This document shows, one piece after another, positions 1-10,188 of a stretch of 64,000 nucleotides of DNA; within the stretch, counting starts at the first letter, position 1, and each line of letters opens with the position of its first letter. The DNA comes from an uncultured Spirochaetota bacterium (lineage in GTDB: Bacteria; Spirochaetota; Brevinematia; Brevinematales; JAOACQ01). The notes below the pieces were generated by a model that made no database searches, was not told where the DNA came from, and saw nothing but the letters and a program-made list of their open reading frames with translations. A program made the translations under genes and the position numbers. Location: positions 1-64,000 of the forward strand of contig CAVYGN010000001.1 of assembly GCA_963768055.1 (NCBI GenBank). Direction: 5' to 3'.

Positions 1-1310
1 AGGGACATCCTTTTCCATCATAAACATTAGTACCGCCTCTTTATGGTCCCTTAATCGATCAAGTAAGCTTAATATCTTACCTCGTTTAGGCTTCCCTCGT
101 TTTACAATAGTTTTCTTTTGCAATGGATTTTTCGAAAATCCGCAAGCAAGAATCCGGTCATACTTAGTTTTATAAGCTCTTATTTCTTTAGGTTTTAATG
201 GGAAATGATCAGCCTTACTGTTTTTTATCCTCAGTAAAAGACCATAAAAATCCCATGCCCAATCTTGATGGAATTCTTCATAGGCCCAGATCAATTCCCG
301 GCGATGGTGTGCATTACACAGGCCATGCCGGCACAGGAAATTCCCAATAACTTTTCCAGCCATCGTGAATCAAAACACCGACATATTCCGGAAGGATCCC
401 CATGGCTTTCATGGCTTCACCGCCCCGTTTTTCGTGAGGAAAGTAGAAAGTATATCTTTCTGATCCCAGGCTATGAAACCAATTAAGCTTACCTTCTATC
501 CTCATCCCGCTTTCATCAGCGTGAAGTACCGGCTCTTGTAATAGCTTCTTTTTCAAAATATCTTCATAGGGCTATTAGCTCTTCGGCTGTTTCAATATCA
601 AAGCTCTGAAGCGTAGCCTGGCTTAATTTTAATCCTAAAGCTTCGTTCAAAAATTCGGCGATCCGTTCATACGAAACAAATCCGCAATTTTTGAGCCATA
701 CAGAAAAGGTTTTAACATTTTTCCCGTATTGTGTTGTGTTTACAACATCTTCCGGAAATTCGCCTTATTTTTCGTTCCGCAATTTGGACATTTTTTCTCT
801 TCCGCCTGGTGCTCTGTGACCTCTAATTTTATCGGAGGAATATCAAACATCTGTCTTGTTTCAATCTTACTGGGCTTTAATATTTTCCATATTTTCACCG
901 CAACACGTTCACATTTTATCACAGAATGACGGACTAATTTTATCGGGATTCGCTACCTTTTTCAAGGTGGTCCCCTGATGCCCGTGCTGACCGCCTGGCT
1001 TTTTACCGCTTTTCGTACCGTTGACTTTTCGTCTGCTTTTTATATGGATCATCGGTTGAAGGCGGTTTGTTACTGTTATGACTGTCTTTGTTGAGACGTT
1101 CTTCCAATTCCTTTATCTTCCCGGCTTGAATTTGTATTATCCGCGCTTGCTCTTTTATTTGGTTTTGTAAATCAGCAATGATGCCTTCAAACCGTTTTAA
1201 GCAAGTTTCGCAGTCTTTGATATGCTCTATCTTCAATCATGTTATAGAATAACATGATTTCATGAACGATGCAACTATTTCATGGCATTATTTTAGGGCT
1301 GAATAGTTAC
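1..1310 (-). mobile_element. IS66-family insertion sequence (single-ORF type), transposase frameshifted, runs off the window start
   Basis: ORF pieces 1003-1236 (coiled coil, NKDSHNSNKPPSTD), 740-922 (CPNCG zinc motif) and 314-556 (LHADESG..., LIHDGWKSY) match IS66 transposase. The terminus reads GTAACTATTCAGC on the minus strand, starting at 1310. Confidence 0.85.
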
Positions 1311-1608
1311 GAAAAGTGATAGATAAAGATGTATTGATTAAATAAAACAATTGTAAGCATGAATTACTGGACTTTGCTAGAAAATCATCGATACTTAATT
1401 ATGGAGGCTATAAATACAATTGAAATTAAAGATAAATGGAAGACTTATAAAAGAATGGAAATCAAAGGTTTTTAAGGCTGCTCTAGAAAGTTATCAATTA
1501 GTTTGTGAGTTGGACACACCACGAGGAATGCGTGCTTTTGCCCTTGGCTAAAAACTTACTGGCAATCCAAAAGAAGAAACAAATAAAATAGAGGAGGAAC
1601 TTGAATGA
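1311..1608 (+). pseudogene. cas8e: C-terminal remnant of type I-E Cas8e (CasA/Cse1), cut by IS66
   Basis: Manual translation gives NYWTLLENH...KEWKSKVFKAALESYQLVCELDTPRGMRAFALG, which resembles CasA C-termini. It lies directly upstream of cas11. Confidence 0.65.
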
Positions 1609-2104
1609 GCAGACTCTTAGAAACCCTCCGGAAACGGAAAGATGATCGGGGTTATATGGCAGAAGTCCGTTGTGCGCTTGTGAAAAATAAGCGTTACCGT
1701 GCCTGGCCTCATCTTGGCCTTTTTGGGGGTATTAGCGATGAGTACCAAGCAAAGGTAGTTCAAATTATTGCTGGATTATATGCCTGCCACCCAATGGAAA
1801 CATCGGAGGGTAATTTGGGGAACGTGTGCTTACAATTGATGTAGATGACGAAAAGAAAGGCTTTAATAAAGAAGATGCTCCATCCGGGGCGATAGCAAAA
1901 AAATTGCAATATATATTAGCTTCAAACGGCGATGAAATATTTGACCGGGTGACGCGGCTGATTCTTTATGCAAAATCTAAGGAAATTAGTGTCCCATATG
2001 AACAGCTTGAAAAAGACCTGTATGACTGGCAATTTAAAAGTGAAAAAATTAAGGCAGATTGGGCTAAAAGTTTTTGGTGTTATAACGCCGGGGAGGAGGA
2101 ATGA
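1605..2104 (+). pseudogene. cas11: Type I-E Cas11 (CasB/Cse2), one frameshift near 1840
   Basis: MSRLLETLRKRKDDRG.MAEVRCAL...RAWPHL...IAGLYACHP, then VPYEQLEKDLYDW...WAKSFW, split over ORFs 1605-1844 and 1826-2104. Confidence 0.8.
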
Positions 2105-2512
2105 GTTACTTATCAAAACTTGAAATCGACTATGAAACAGCCGCCCGATTCCGGTTTAATGACATTTACCGCTGGCACCAGGCATCTTGGGATTTGTTTC
2201 CTGATAGGTTCGATGCTAACCGTGATTTTTTGACACGTCTGGATATGAGCGATAGAGGATTCAGGCTTTATGTTCTCTCAACCATTAAATCAGTAAGGCC
2301 TGAATGGTGTGCTACCGATTGTTTCGCGGTAAAAGAAATCTCCCCATCGTTTCTTCATCATACCCATTATCGTTTCGATTTAAAAGCAAACCCGACTAAA
2401 AAAGTTAAAAGCTTCTATGATAACGGTGAGGAAAAGAAAAACGGGAAAAGGGTAGCCCTTTTACTCAATCGGAACAGCAGGAATGGCTGAAACGTAAAAG
2501 CAAAGCCCCGTG
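2101..2512 (+). pseudogene. cas6e: Type I-E Cas6e (CasE/Cse3), truncated by IS3
   Basis: YLSKL..., DIYRWHQASWDLFP, RDFLTRLD, YRFDLKANPTKK, then EWLKRK. The C-terminal glycine-rich loop is absent. Confidence 0.88.
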
Positions 2513-2552
2513 TGTTAGGATAGTTGTCGCCTAAAATATTAGGAGACAAAAA

Positions 2553-3035
2553 ATGAATAGTCAAATTCATTCAGAGGAATTCCGTAGAGCTATAGTTCAA
2601 AAGATGTGTATACCAGGAGGAAAAACAGTATCTGAACTAAGCCTGGAAATAGGAGTGAGTGATCAGACCCTTTACAATTGGAGGAAAATGATCCAGAATA
2701 ATGTATCCAGAGGATACCAGGAGAGAAGCCCGAGAAGCTGGAAACTATCTGATAAATATCAGGCGGTATTAGATACAGCCAATCAATCGGGGGAAGAGTT
2801 AGGTCGATGGTTAAGGGAAAACGGCCTCCAGACAACGCATATCGAACTCTGGAAACAGGAGTGTAAATCAGTGCTATCTAATAATGCATCCAGGGATGAA
2901 ATCAGGCAATTGAAAATAAAAATTGCCGAGTTAGAAAAGGAAATTAATCGTAAGGATAAAACTATAGCCGAGGTTACAGCGCTGCTGGTGCTTAAAAAAA
3001 AACTGAACAAGCTATTCGGGATCGAGGAAGATTAA
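2553..3035 (+). CDS. IS3 transposase OrfA (HTH)
   Basis: TVSELSLEIGVSDQTLYNW HTH, coiled coil, ends ALLVLKKK on an A9 run. Confidence 0.88.
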   Translation: MNSQIHSEEFRRAIVQKMCIPGGKTVSELSLEIGVSDQTLYNWRKMIQNNVSRGYQERSPRSWKLSDKYQAVLDTANQSGEELGRWLRENGLQTTHIELWKQECKSVLSNNASRDEIRQLKIKIAELEKEINRKDKTIAEVTALLVLKKKLNKLFGIEED

Positions 3036-3040
3036 CCCCA

Positions 3041-4069
3041 ATGGATATAAGAATAAATATCTGTGACTTGATTAATGAAGCTGTTTCATCAGGATCCAGC
3101 AAGGATAAGGCTTGTGAAGAATCAGGCTATAATATAAGGACCATTCAGCGCTGGGATAAAAATCTGGAGGGAGACAGAAGAAAATTCAGAAAGACAATAC
3201 CTAAGAATGCCCTTTCGGCCGAAGAAAGAGAAGAAATCATTGCTTGCTGCTGCGAAGATAGGTTCATAGATATGACGCCGAATGAAATAGTGCCGTTATT
3301 GGCTGAGGAAGGTCGCTATATAGCGTCAGAATCATCTTTTTACCGTGAACTTAAAGCAAGAGATATGCTGCGCCATAGATGCGAAACGAAGCCTAAAACG
3401 GCAAGGAAAACACCAAGAGAATTGGAAGCGACAGGGCCTAATCAGGTATGGAGCTGGGATATTACTTATATATTAAGCCATATCAAGGGCCAGTATTTTT
3501 ATCTCTATTTGATTGAAGATGTCTGGAGCCGTAAGATAGTCGGCTGGAAAATGCACGAGGAGGAAAGCTCTGAACATGCCGCCAGAATGATGGCTGAGAT
3601 CGGAGAAACTATTGACTTGAAAGGCTTATATTTACATTCTGATAACGGTTCCCCTATGAAAGGGGCTACGATGTTATCGACTTTGCAGAGGCTACAGGTT
3701 ATGCCATCGTTTTCAAGGCCAAGCGTGAGTAACGATAACCCTTACTCAGAATCATTGTTTAAAACATTGAAGTATAATGTTAAATACCCTGGCCATTTCG
3801 AGAGAAGGGAAGCGGCAGAAATATGGATGCAAAATTTTGTAGACTGGTATAACAATAAGCATCTTCATTCAGGGATTGGATATGTAACGCCTGCGCAGAG
3901 ACATGACGGTAAAGATAAGGCAATACTCCTGAAGAGAGCGGAAACTTATGAAATGGCAAAAATCAGGCACCCCGAAAGATGGTCAGGAGAATCTAAAAAA
4001 TGGGAACGAATAGAATCGGTATTTTTGAATCCGAGTAAGACTAACAAGGAATCGTTGATTGCGGCATAA
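3041..4069 (+). CDS. IS3 transposase OrfB (DDE integrase core)
   Basis: PNQVWSWDITY, HSDNGSPM, NDNPYSESLFKTLK, WYNNKHLHSGIGYVTP. Confidence 0.93.
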   Translation: MDIRINICDLINEAVSSGSSKDKACEESGYNIRTIQRWDKNLEGDRRKFRKTIPKNALSAEEREEIIACCCEDRFIDMTPNEIVPLLAEEGRYIASESSFYRELKARDMLRHRCETKPKTARKTPRELEATGPNQVWSWDITYILSHIKGQYFYLYLIEDVWSRKIVGWKMHEEESSEHAARMMAEIGETIDLKGLYLHSDNGSPMKGATMLSTLQRLQVMPSFSRPSVSNDNPYSESLFKTLKYNVKYPGHFERREAAEIWMQNFVDWYNNKHLHSGIGYVTPAQRHDGKDKAILLKRAETYEMAKIRHPERWSGESKKWERIESVFLNPSKTNKESLIAA

Positions 4070-4142
4070 AATAAAAGCGACAACTCCCTTGACAAAAACC
4101 GATCTTAAATTCCAGCTTGCATGAATAACAAAGGGAGAGGGT

Positions 4143-4460
4143 ATGAAGATATTATTCATTTCCATGGCGATCGGCCTTGCCGCTGGAATAATCGAATTAT
4201 TCCCATGGTAATTCAGAAACTGGATAAGCGAGCGATTATTGCGGCTTTCCTGCAGTACTTTTTCCTGTCTGTTATAATAGTAAATATCGACCTGATCGGG
4301 ATTGCCTGGTGGCTCCAGGGAAGCCTTATTGCATTGGCACTGACGCTGCCGACAGTCATCATTGTTTCAGGAAATGATAAAAAAACGGCTCCAATAATCG
4401 CTTTGATGTCGGTTATCCTGGGAGCGCTGATCGGCATAGCTTGGTCATTTTTTGAAGTGA
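4143..4460 (+). pseudogene. Small multi-pass membrane protein, frameshifted
   Basis: MKILFISMAIGLAAGII in one frame continues as IIPMVIQKLDKRAIIAAFLQYFF... with several hydrophobic helices. SD-like GGGAGAGG upstream. Confidence 0.55.
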
Positions 4461-4492
4461 ATTTTTATCCAAAGTTGTTTATCTGCATTAAT

Positions 4493-5758
4493 CATTGCTA
4501 TCCAAATCAAATTATGAAAAGTTTAAAAGCAATTCAGTTATCGGTTTAGAAGACTTCTGCTGAAACGGAGCATTCAACCAATCCCATAAATTTCTTCTGG
4601 CAAAAGATTAGTCGGAAGAACACGCACAGAAGGTATAAATCGACCATTGAAAACTGGATTTGAATTTCAAATAACTCAACAACAAATAAGCTGATCAAAG
4701 CAACCCATAATTGGGACAGCAGGGCATTTCTGGATGTTCCTATGAAATTCTTTACAATTAATTGCTGTTTGATAGCTTTAAAGAATAATTCTATTTGCCA
4801 CCTGTCTTTATATATTTTTGAGATTGTTAACGTCGACCATTCAAAATTATTTGTTAAGAAAATAACGCCTTTCCTGTTTCAGGATCAACTGACCTTATCC
4901 GCCTCATTTTACCTGGATATATTTTCACGGAATTAAATCCTGTCCATTCAATATCCTGATCCGAGGTAATATTCGGATGTATAGGAACATCAAAGCGTTC
5001 CAAAACCTGTATTGAGAATTGGTTTTTAAACGTGTAACAAAGAATACACCTTTATTATCAAGGGTTTTCAGCCATTTTAATTTATTATAGCCTCTATCAA
5101 AAACAACAACATCGCCTTTTTCAAAAGGGATGGAAGGGGCAACTTTTTGTTCATGAACCTTACCTTCCGTCATAATGACAAAAGAAGGCAGATATCCTGA
5201 ATGATTAAGTTTAACATGTAATTTGACTGCTCCTTTTGTTTTACGAAATGTCGCCCAATTATAGAGAGATAGACACAAGTCAATCGTCGTAGCATCAAGA
5301 CTATAGAGAGGATTTTTAAAACGAAATTATGACGGGGGCAATTTCCTGACATTTGGACAGCATCTGGTTAAATATAGCCTGAAACAGTTCATGACTTCTA
5401 TGCTCATTAGCATAAGCAAGAGTTGAACGGTGAATTGGCTTAATACCAAGATGATAAAGGCGGATGCCTGAGTAGCCAAACCAGCCTCAATACCTCGAAG
5501 ACTGTCCTGTCCGCTAATTGACCAAAAAGCATGGCTGTAAAATGATTCCAAGAACTGAAACCACGTGCATGATACTCGGTTCCTGCTGATTGAACTGCTT
5601 TTTGAAATTCAAATCTCGGAAACATTTGCAATAACTGACCGATTATTGTAGAATTATTCATAAAGCCTAACCTCCTTAGTATATAATGATTTAAGTTTGA
5701 GACCCAAATTATTATCAGGCATGGTTAGGCTTTTTCTAATTTAATTTGGACACGTGTG
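4493..5758 (-). mobile_element. IS4-family insertion sequence with a multiply frameshifted transposase (DUF4372-type N-terminus)
   Basis: MNNSTIIGQLLQMFPRFEF...FSSWNHFTAMLFGQL; WATFRKTKGAVKLHVKL; VVFDRGY; FFVTRLK. Weak inverted ends around TCCAAAT at 4501 and ATTTGGA at 5744. Confidence 0.85.
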
Positions 5759-5796
5759 AAAACTTTAACTAATAAATCGGTTAATCGGATAAAATT

Positions 5797-5851
5797 TGCC
5801 AGCTATATGCCAGTAGATTATAATGAATTATGGGTTTTACTGGCACTGGCA
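5797..5851. repeat. GCCAGT-family quasi-palindromic site, copy A
   Basis: TGCCAGTAGATTATAATGAATTATGGGTTTTACTGGCA (5808-5845) matches 18301-18338 at 33/38 positions. Confidence 0.8.
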
Positions 5852-5954
5852 TGAGCATAGATTGTTATAACATTTTTCTATCTTGTATAAAAAGGGAAAT
5901 TGTTAGTTTATTGATTTTAAATAAAATCTAACCGGTAAAGTTTGAAGGGGAATA

Positions 5955-6913
5955 ATGAGTAAGCCAGTAGACATGATCATCGTCATGGAAGTGAACATAG
6001 ATACTATTTCAGATTCTTCTATTTCAGATAATAAAAAGGGGATATGGTCAGTCAGATTGTCGTTTGCAGGACTTTTTCTCACAGCATTAATACAGTTAAT
6101 AGTAGTAATTCTTTCGGGAAGTGTGGGCCTGTTGGCAGATACGATTCACAATTTTGGAGATTCTGCTACGGCAGTTCCATTATTTATAGCTTTTACAGCC
6201 GCCCAGTCGGAAAATACTGCAAAAAGATTCACATTTGGTTTTGGAAGAATTGAAGATTTTGCAGGGATTACAGTCGTTTTAATAATTCTATTAAGTGCTA
6301 TATTTGCCTGTTATGAATCTATTAATAGATTTTTTCATCCTCATAATATTGTTTATTTATGGGCTGTTGCAGCCGCTTCTATCATAGGTTTTATTGGAAA
6401 TGAAGCTGTGGCTTTATTCCGGATAAATGTAGGAAAAGAAGTTGGAAGCGCAGCTTTAATCGTTGACGGTTATCATGCGCGAATAGACGGAATAACTTAG
6501 CCTGGCCGTTCTTATTGGAGCAATTGGAGTTTGGTTAGGTTTTCCTCTTGCTGATCCAATCGTCGGGTTAGTTATTTCTCTTATTATTTTCAGGGTATTA
6601 TGGGATTCGGCAAAGATGGTTTTTTTTCGAGCACTGGATGGAATTGATCCTGATATTATTCGAAGAGATCCGGCAAACTGCTCATCATATCCCGGGTGTT
6701 GTTGACGTAGCTGAAGTCCCGGCCAGATGGATCGGGCATGTACTCCAAGCGGAACTAAATGTATCGGTATTTCCGGATCTAACAGTGGAACAGGGTCATG
6801 AAATAGCAAAAGAGGTGAGGCTTCGGATCCTCGTCAGTCAAAACATATATCAAACGCTATTGTCCATATCGGATCCATGCGATAAATCCGGCGAACAATA
6901 CCATTCCCAGTAA
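5955..6913 (+). pseudogene. Cation diffusion facilitator (CDF) metal transporter, frameshifted
   Basis: SGSVGLLADTIHNFGD, FTFGFGRIED, DGYHARIDG, and the C-terminal ARWIGH...LTVEQGHEIA dimerisation domain, in successive frames. Confidence 0.88.
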
Positions 6914-6951
6914 AGGTCTTATTCATAATTTAAATAAATATTTTAAAATTG

Positions 6952-6980
6952 TTGACATTGCAATTTCAATAAGGTAATAT
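6952..6980 (+). promoter_or_regulatory. Sigma70-like promoter
   Basis: TTGACA-17 bp-TAATAT upstream of the riboswitch and NRAMP gene. Confidence 0.55.
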
Positions 6981-7039
6981 ATAAATAAGCTTGCATGACC
7001 GGATGGTCATAAAGGCTACTGAATTTACGAATAATTTCA

Positions 7040-7097
7040 GGAAGATCAGGTTTTGATACCGGGCCCGTTCGGGTAGCAGCCTTGCTGCGGGACTTCC
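7040..7097 (+). ncRNA. NiCo (czcD)-like metal riboswitch
   Basis: Four-way junction GGAAG-AUCA-GGU..ACC-GG-GCCC..GGGU-A-GCAGC..GCUGC-GGGA-CUUCC with the GAUCAGG, CCGGGC and GGGAC motifs of the NiCo class. It ends 21 nt upstream of a metal transporter ATG. Confidence 0.75.
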
Positions 7098-7118
7098 ACT
7101 TTTTGGAAGGAGATTGCC

Positions 7119-7503
7119 ATGTCTCAAATATTAAAGCCGGTATTAAATTATTTTAGAAACATTCCTGTCTTTTCAGGATGCAAGTTCTGGATTAAAGGAA
7201 TCCCCTTCTCAGAACCTCCCAGTAAACCCTATTAATGATGCCGGCGGAATCACGACTTATACTGCAACAGGCGCCCAATACGGCCTGCACCTGCTCTGGT
7301 TCATGATCGTTCTCGGTCCGGTCGCCTATTATGTCCAGGAGATGACGGTTCGTCTGGGGGCTGTTACCAAGCGGGGACATGCCGAGGCTATATTTTCAGG
7401 CTTCGGCTCTTTTTGGGGATGGTTTTCCCTGCTGGATTTAGTCATTTGCGACTGGCTGACCATGATAACAGAATTTATCGGGATGACTGCGGCCAAAGTT
7501 TGA
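7119..7503 (+). pseudogene. NRAMP-family divalent cation transporter, N-terminal part only
   Basis: NDAGGITTYTATGAQYG...YYVQEMTVRLGAVTKRGHAEAIF...ITEFIGM, which stops abruptly. Confidence 0.8.
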
Positions 7504-7662
7504 GTGAATAGTTATCGGATGACAAAAAGGTCCGGGGTAAAAAACGGGTGAGATTGTTTTATTGATTTATGATTATGTTGGTCAGGGCAAGTAACAATAT
7601 TGATTGACAATTAATGCTGATATCAGGTAATATATTGGATTAAAGGTATCGGAGGTTCCTGA

Positions 7663-7930
7663 ATGAACAAAGGTGAACTCGTTGAATTCCTGGTAGAAAA
7701 GGATAAATTGAGCAAAACTGAAGCTGGAAGAGTTCTCGATTCTGTGATTGAAGGCATCCGAGCATGGCCTGAAGAAAACAAAAGAGGTAGCGCTTGTAGG
7801 TTTCGGGACTTTCAAAGTAGTCGACAAGCCGGCAAGGGAAGGAAGAAACCCGAAAACAGGCGAGAAAATTAAGATAGCGGCAAAAAGGGCTGTATCTTTC
7901 AAAGGTCTAAAAGAATCTGTCGCAAAGTAA
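7663..7930 (+). CDS. hup: DNA-binding protein HU (one apparent frameshift near 7760)
   Basis: MNKGELVE...[16 protein letters not shown] plus [29 protein letters not shown]. Confidence 0.9.
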
Positions 7931-7970
7931 ATGAGGAGTTAGCACTCAATAAAATCTTAAAGGCTATGGC

Positions 7971-9240
7971 ATGGATCTATTTATAATAATCGTTTTCCTG
8001 GCTGGTTATATTTGTATTATATTCGAGCAGCGGCTCAAGCTCAATAAAGCGGCATCTTCTTTAATAACAGGAGGTCTTTGCTGGCTGCTATTAATGATGG
8101 GAAGCGGATCGCATTCAATAGTCCTTGAGAAATTAAGTTCGAGTCTTAGTGAAACGGCCGGGGTTTTATTTTTCCTTCTGGGAGCTATGACGATTGTCGA
8201 ACTCATAGAGTCCCATAAAGGGTTTGATATTATCACAAAAAGGATTAAGGCCAGGAATTCCAGGGTTCTTTTGTGGATAATCGCCTGGATAACGTTTTTC
8301 CTTTCGGCAGTCCTGGATAATCTTACTACAGCAATTGTTATGATAATGCTATTGAGAAAATTGTTTTCAGACCCCGAGGACTGGCTGATATTTTCAGGTA
8401 TTATCGTAATAGCGGCTAATTCCGGAGGTGCCTGGTCGCCTATAGGGGATGTCACGACCACAATGCTATGGATCGATGAAAGGATCACTGCAGGAAATAT
8501 TATATTGCGTCTTTTGTTGCCAAGCATTACAAATCTCATGGTTCCCCTAATTCTTGCTACATTTTTCCTGAAACCAAAAAAGGCCCTTACTATTTCCTCT
8601 ACTGAAAAAGAACAAAGTAAAATAAGGGCGGCTGAAAAAAATATTGTATTTTTCCTTGGGATCGGAGTCCTTGTTTCAGTTCCGGTTTTCAAGATTCTGA
8701 CTGGCCTTCCTCCCTATGTGGGTATTCTTATTGGTCTGGGAGTACTCTGGCTGGTCACTGAAGTTATTCATAAAAACAAGAATGATGAAGAGAAAATGAA
8801 TTTTTCAGTAATCAAAGCGTTAAAAAAAATGGATATGAGTACGATCTTGTTCTTTCTGGGTATTCTCCTTGCGGTATCATCGCTTGAAACTGCGGGTATA
8901 TTGTCGAAACTTGCTGTTTGGGCAGATCAAACTTTCAAGTCAGTTATAATACTGGGACTGTACCGGCTTTCTTTCTGCAATAATAGACAATGTTTCCCTT
9001 GTCGCCGCATCAATGGGAATGTACCATCTTTCAGTTTATCCAACCGACCATTATTTCTGGGAGCTCATTGCTTACTGCACCGGGACTGGCGGAAGCATTC
9101 TGATTATCGGTTCGGCGGCAGGTGTAGCAGTCATGGCGATAAGTAAAATTGAATTCTTCAAGTACCTAAAAAAAATTTCCTGGATATCTCTTTTTGGATA
9201 TGTTTCAGGGATATTAGTTTTTATCTTGTTCAATCACTGA
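7971..9240 (+). CDS. nhaD: NhaD-family Na+/H+ antiporter (apparent frameshift near 8960)
   Basis: FFLSAVLDNLTT, AANSGGAWSPIGDVTTTMLW, YCTGTGGSILIIGSAAGVAVM. Confidence 0.9.
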
Positions 9241-9379
9241 TGTTTCCTGTGATACATGTTAATCGACCAGGCGACAACGATTATTCCAGCGCTTGCTATT
9301 GCTGGTTCTTGCAAAAAACTCTGTTTTAGTTCATATTTTTGACTATCTTTTTATGGATTTCTGGCAATTACTGGGGGAA

Positions 9380-9568
9380 ATGGAAAATGGTAATTATTCC
9401 CTGTTCGCAAATATCACAGCACTAATATCGGGGGTGGATCAGGCAACGGCCGATATGCTCGTCCAGGGTGCTCATCAAATTTGCCCTTATTCCAATGCAA
9501 CAAGGGGAAATATTGAAATTAATGTTTCAGCACGAGCGCTCTCAGAAACATCTGGCAAAGCTGCTTAA
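9380..9568 (+). pseudogene. C-terminal fragment of an Ohr/OsmC-family peroxiredoxin
   Basis: GAHQICPYSNATRGNIEINV. The N-terminal Cys region is missing. Confidence 0.7.
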
Positions 9569-9659
9569 GGTTACGAAGATGAAACTCTTCGGAAAACCAG
9601 GGCCCCGATTACTGAAAATGACGTGCTTGACCTTTCGCACTGGAGCTTCAGTAAGGGAG

Positions 9660-9746
9660 GGGTTGTTAACTCATATTTATCATATCTACCAAAAAACCGG
9701 TTCGAAAAGTAAAACTGAACTCATCGAGATGGTAAAGATAGAATAA
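9660..9746 (+). pseudogene. LuxR-type HTH C-terminal fragment
   Basis: THIYHIYQKTGSKSKTELIEMV. Confidence 0.55.
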
Positions 9747-9767
9747 TTAATTCCCATAACTTTCTGA

Positions 9768-10174
9768 TTATTTACTTTCCCTTCCCTTTTTTTCAATAGC
9801 CCTTTCTATATCCCAGAACAAAGATAGCGCTTTCCTGAATTTATTTTTCTGACGGTCATAAATAGCCTCTGTATTCTCAATTTCTTTCCCGAATTCAACT
9901 TCCAGGAGTGACGACTTTTTTATCGAAAGCACCTGTGACGGGTAAACGCTCCTGCGTCCGGTCAGAAAAAACTGATAACACATGACATAGCGGCATATGG
10001 GGCGATTTGCGGCCCGAAAAGCTCGACTGCCATTATAATTGCGGCTATGGGCGTATTGGCGGCTCCGACTTTTCTGGCTGTTATTCCTTCAAAACCTTCT
10101 TTCCCGATTATTTCCATCGCCGCGTTGCGGATTTCGGTTTTAGTAATTTCCCTGTCTTTTTTTTGATTTTCCAT
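9768..10174 (-). pseudogene. Chimera of a TetR N-terminus and a CLC chloride/fluoride channel C-terminus
   Basis: EIRNAAMEIIGKEGFEGITARKV (TetR) joined to GAANTPIAAIIMAVELFG...LTGRRSVYPSQVL (CLC). Confidence 0.7.
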
Positions 10175-10188
10175 ATTTTCTCTCTATG

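Larger units (their letters stand above)
2513..4094 (+). mobile_element. IS3-family insertion sequence, apparently intact
   Basis: Imperfect terminal inverted repeats TGTTAGGATAGTTGTCGC (2513-2530) and GCGACAACTCCCTTGACA (4077-4094), 14/18 match, enclosing orfA and orfB. Confidence 0.88.

Noticed and set aside
5808..5845. Canonical XerC/D dif or pdif site
   Set aside because: ATAA and TTAT are 4 bp apart rather than 6, and there is no TTATGTTAAAT arm.
6985..7118. M-box (ykoK) or yybP riboswitch upstream of the NRAMP gene
   Set aside because: Their conserved motifs are absent; the NiCo-type fold fits better.
8006..8692. Long antisense ORFs (also 52939-53586, 58758-59291 and many shorter ones)
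   Set aside because: They are shadows of well-supported genes on the other strand or frame and show no motifs of their own.
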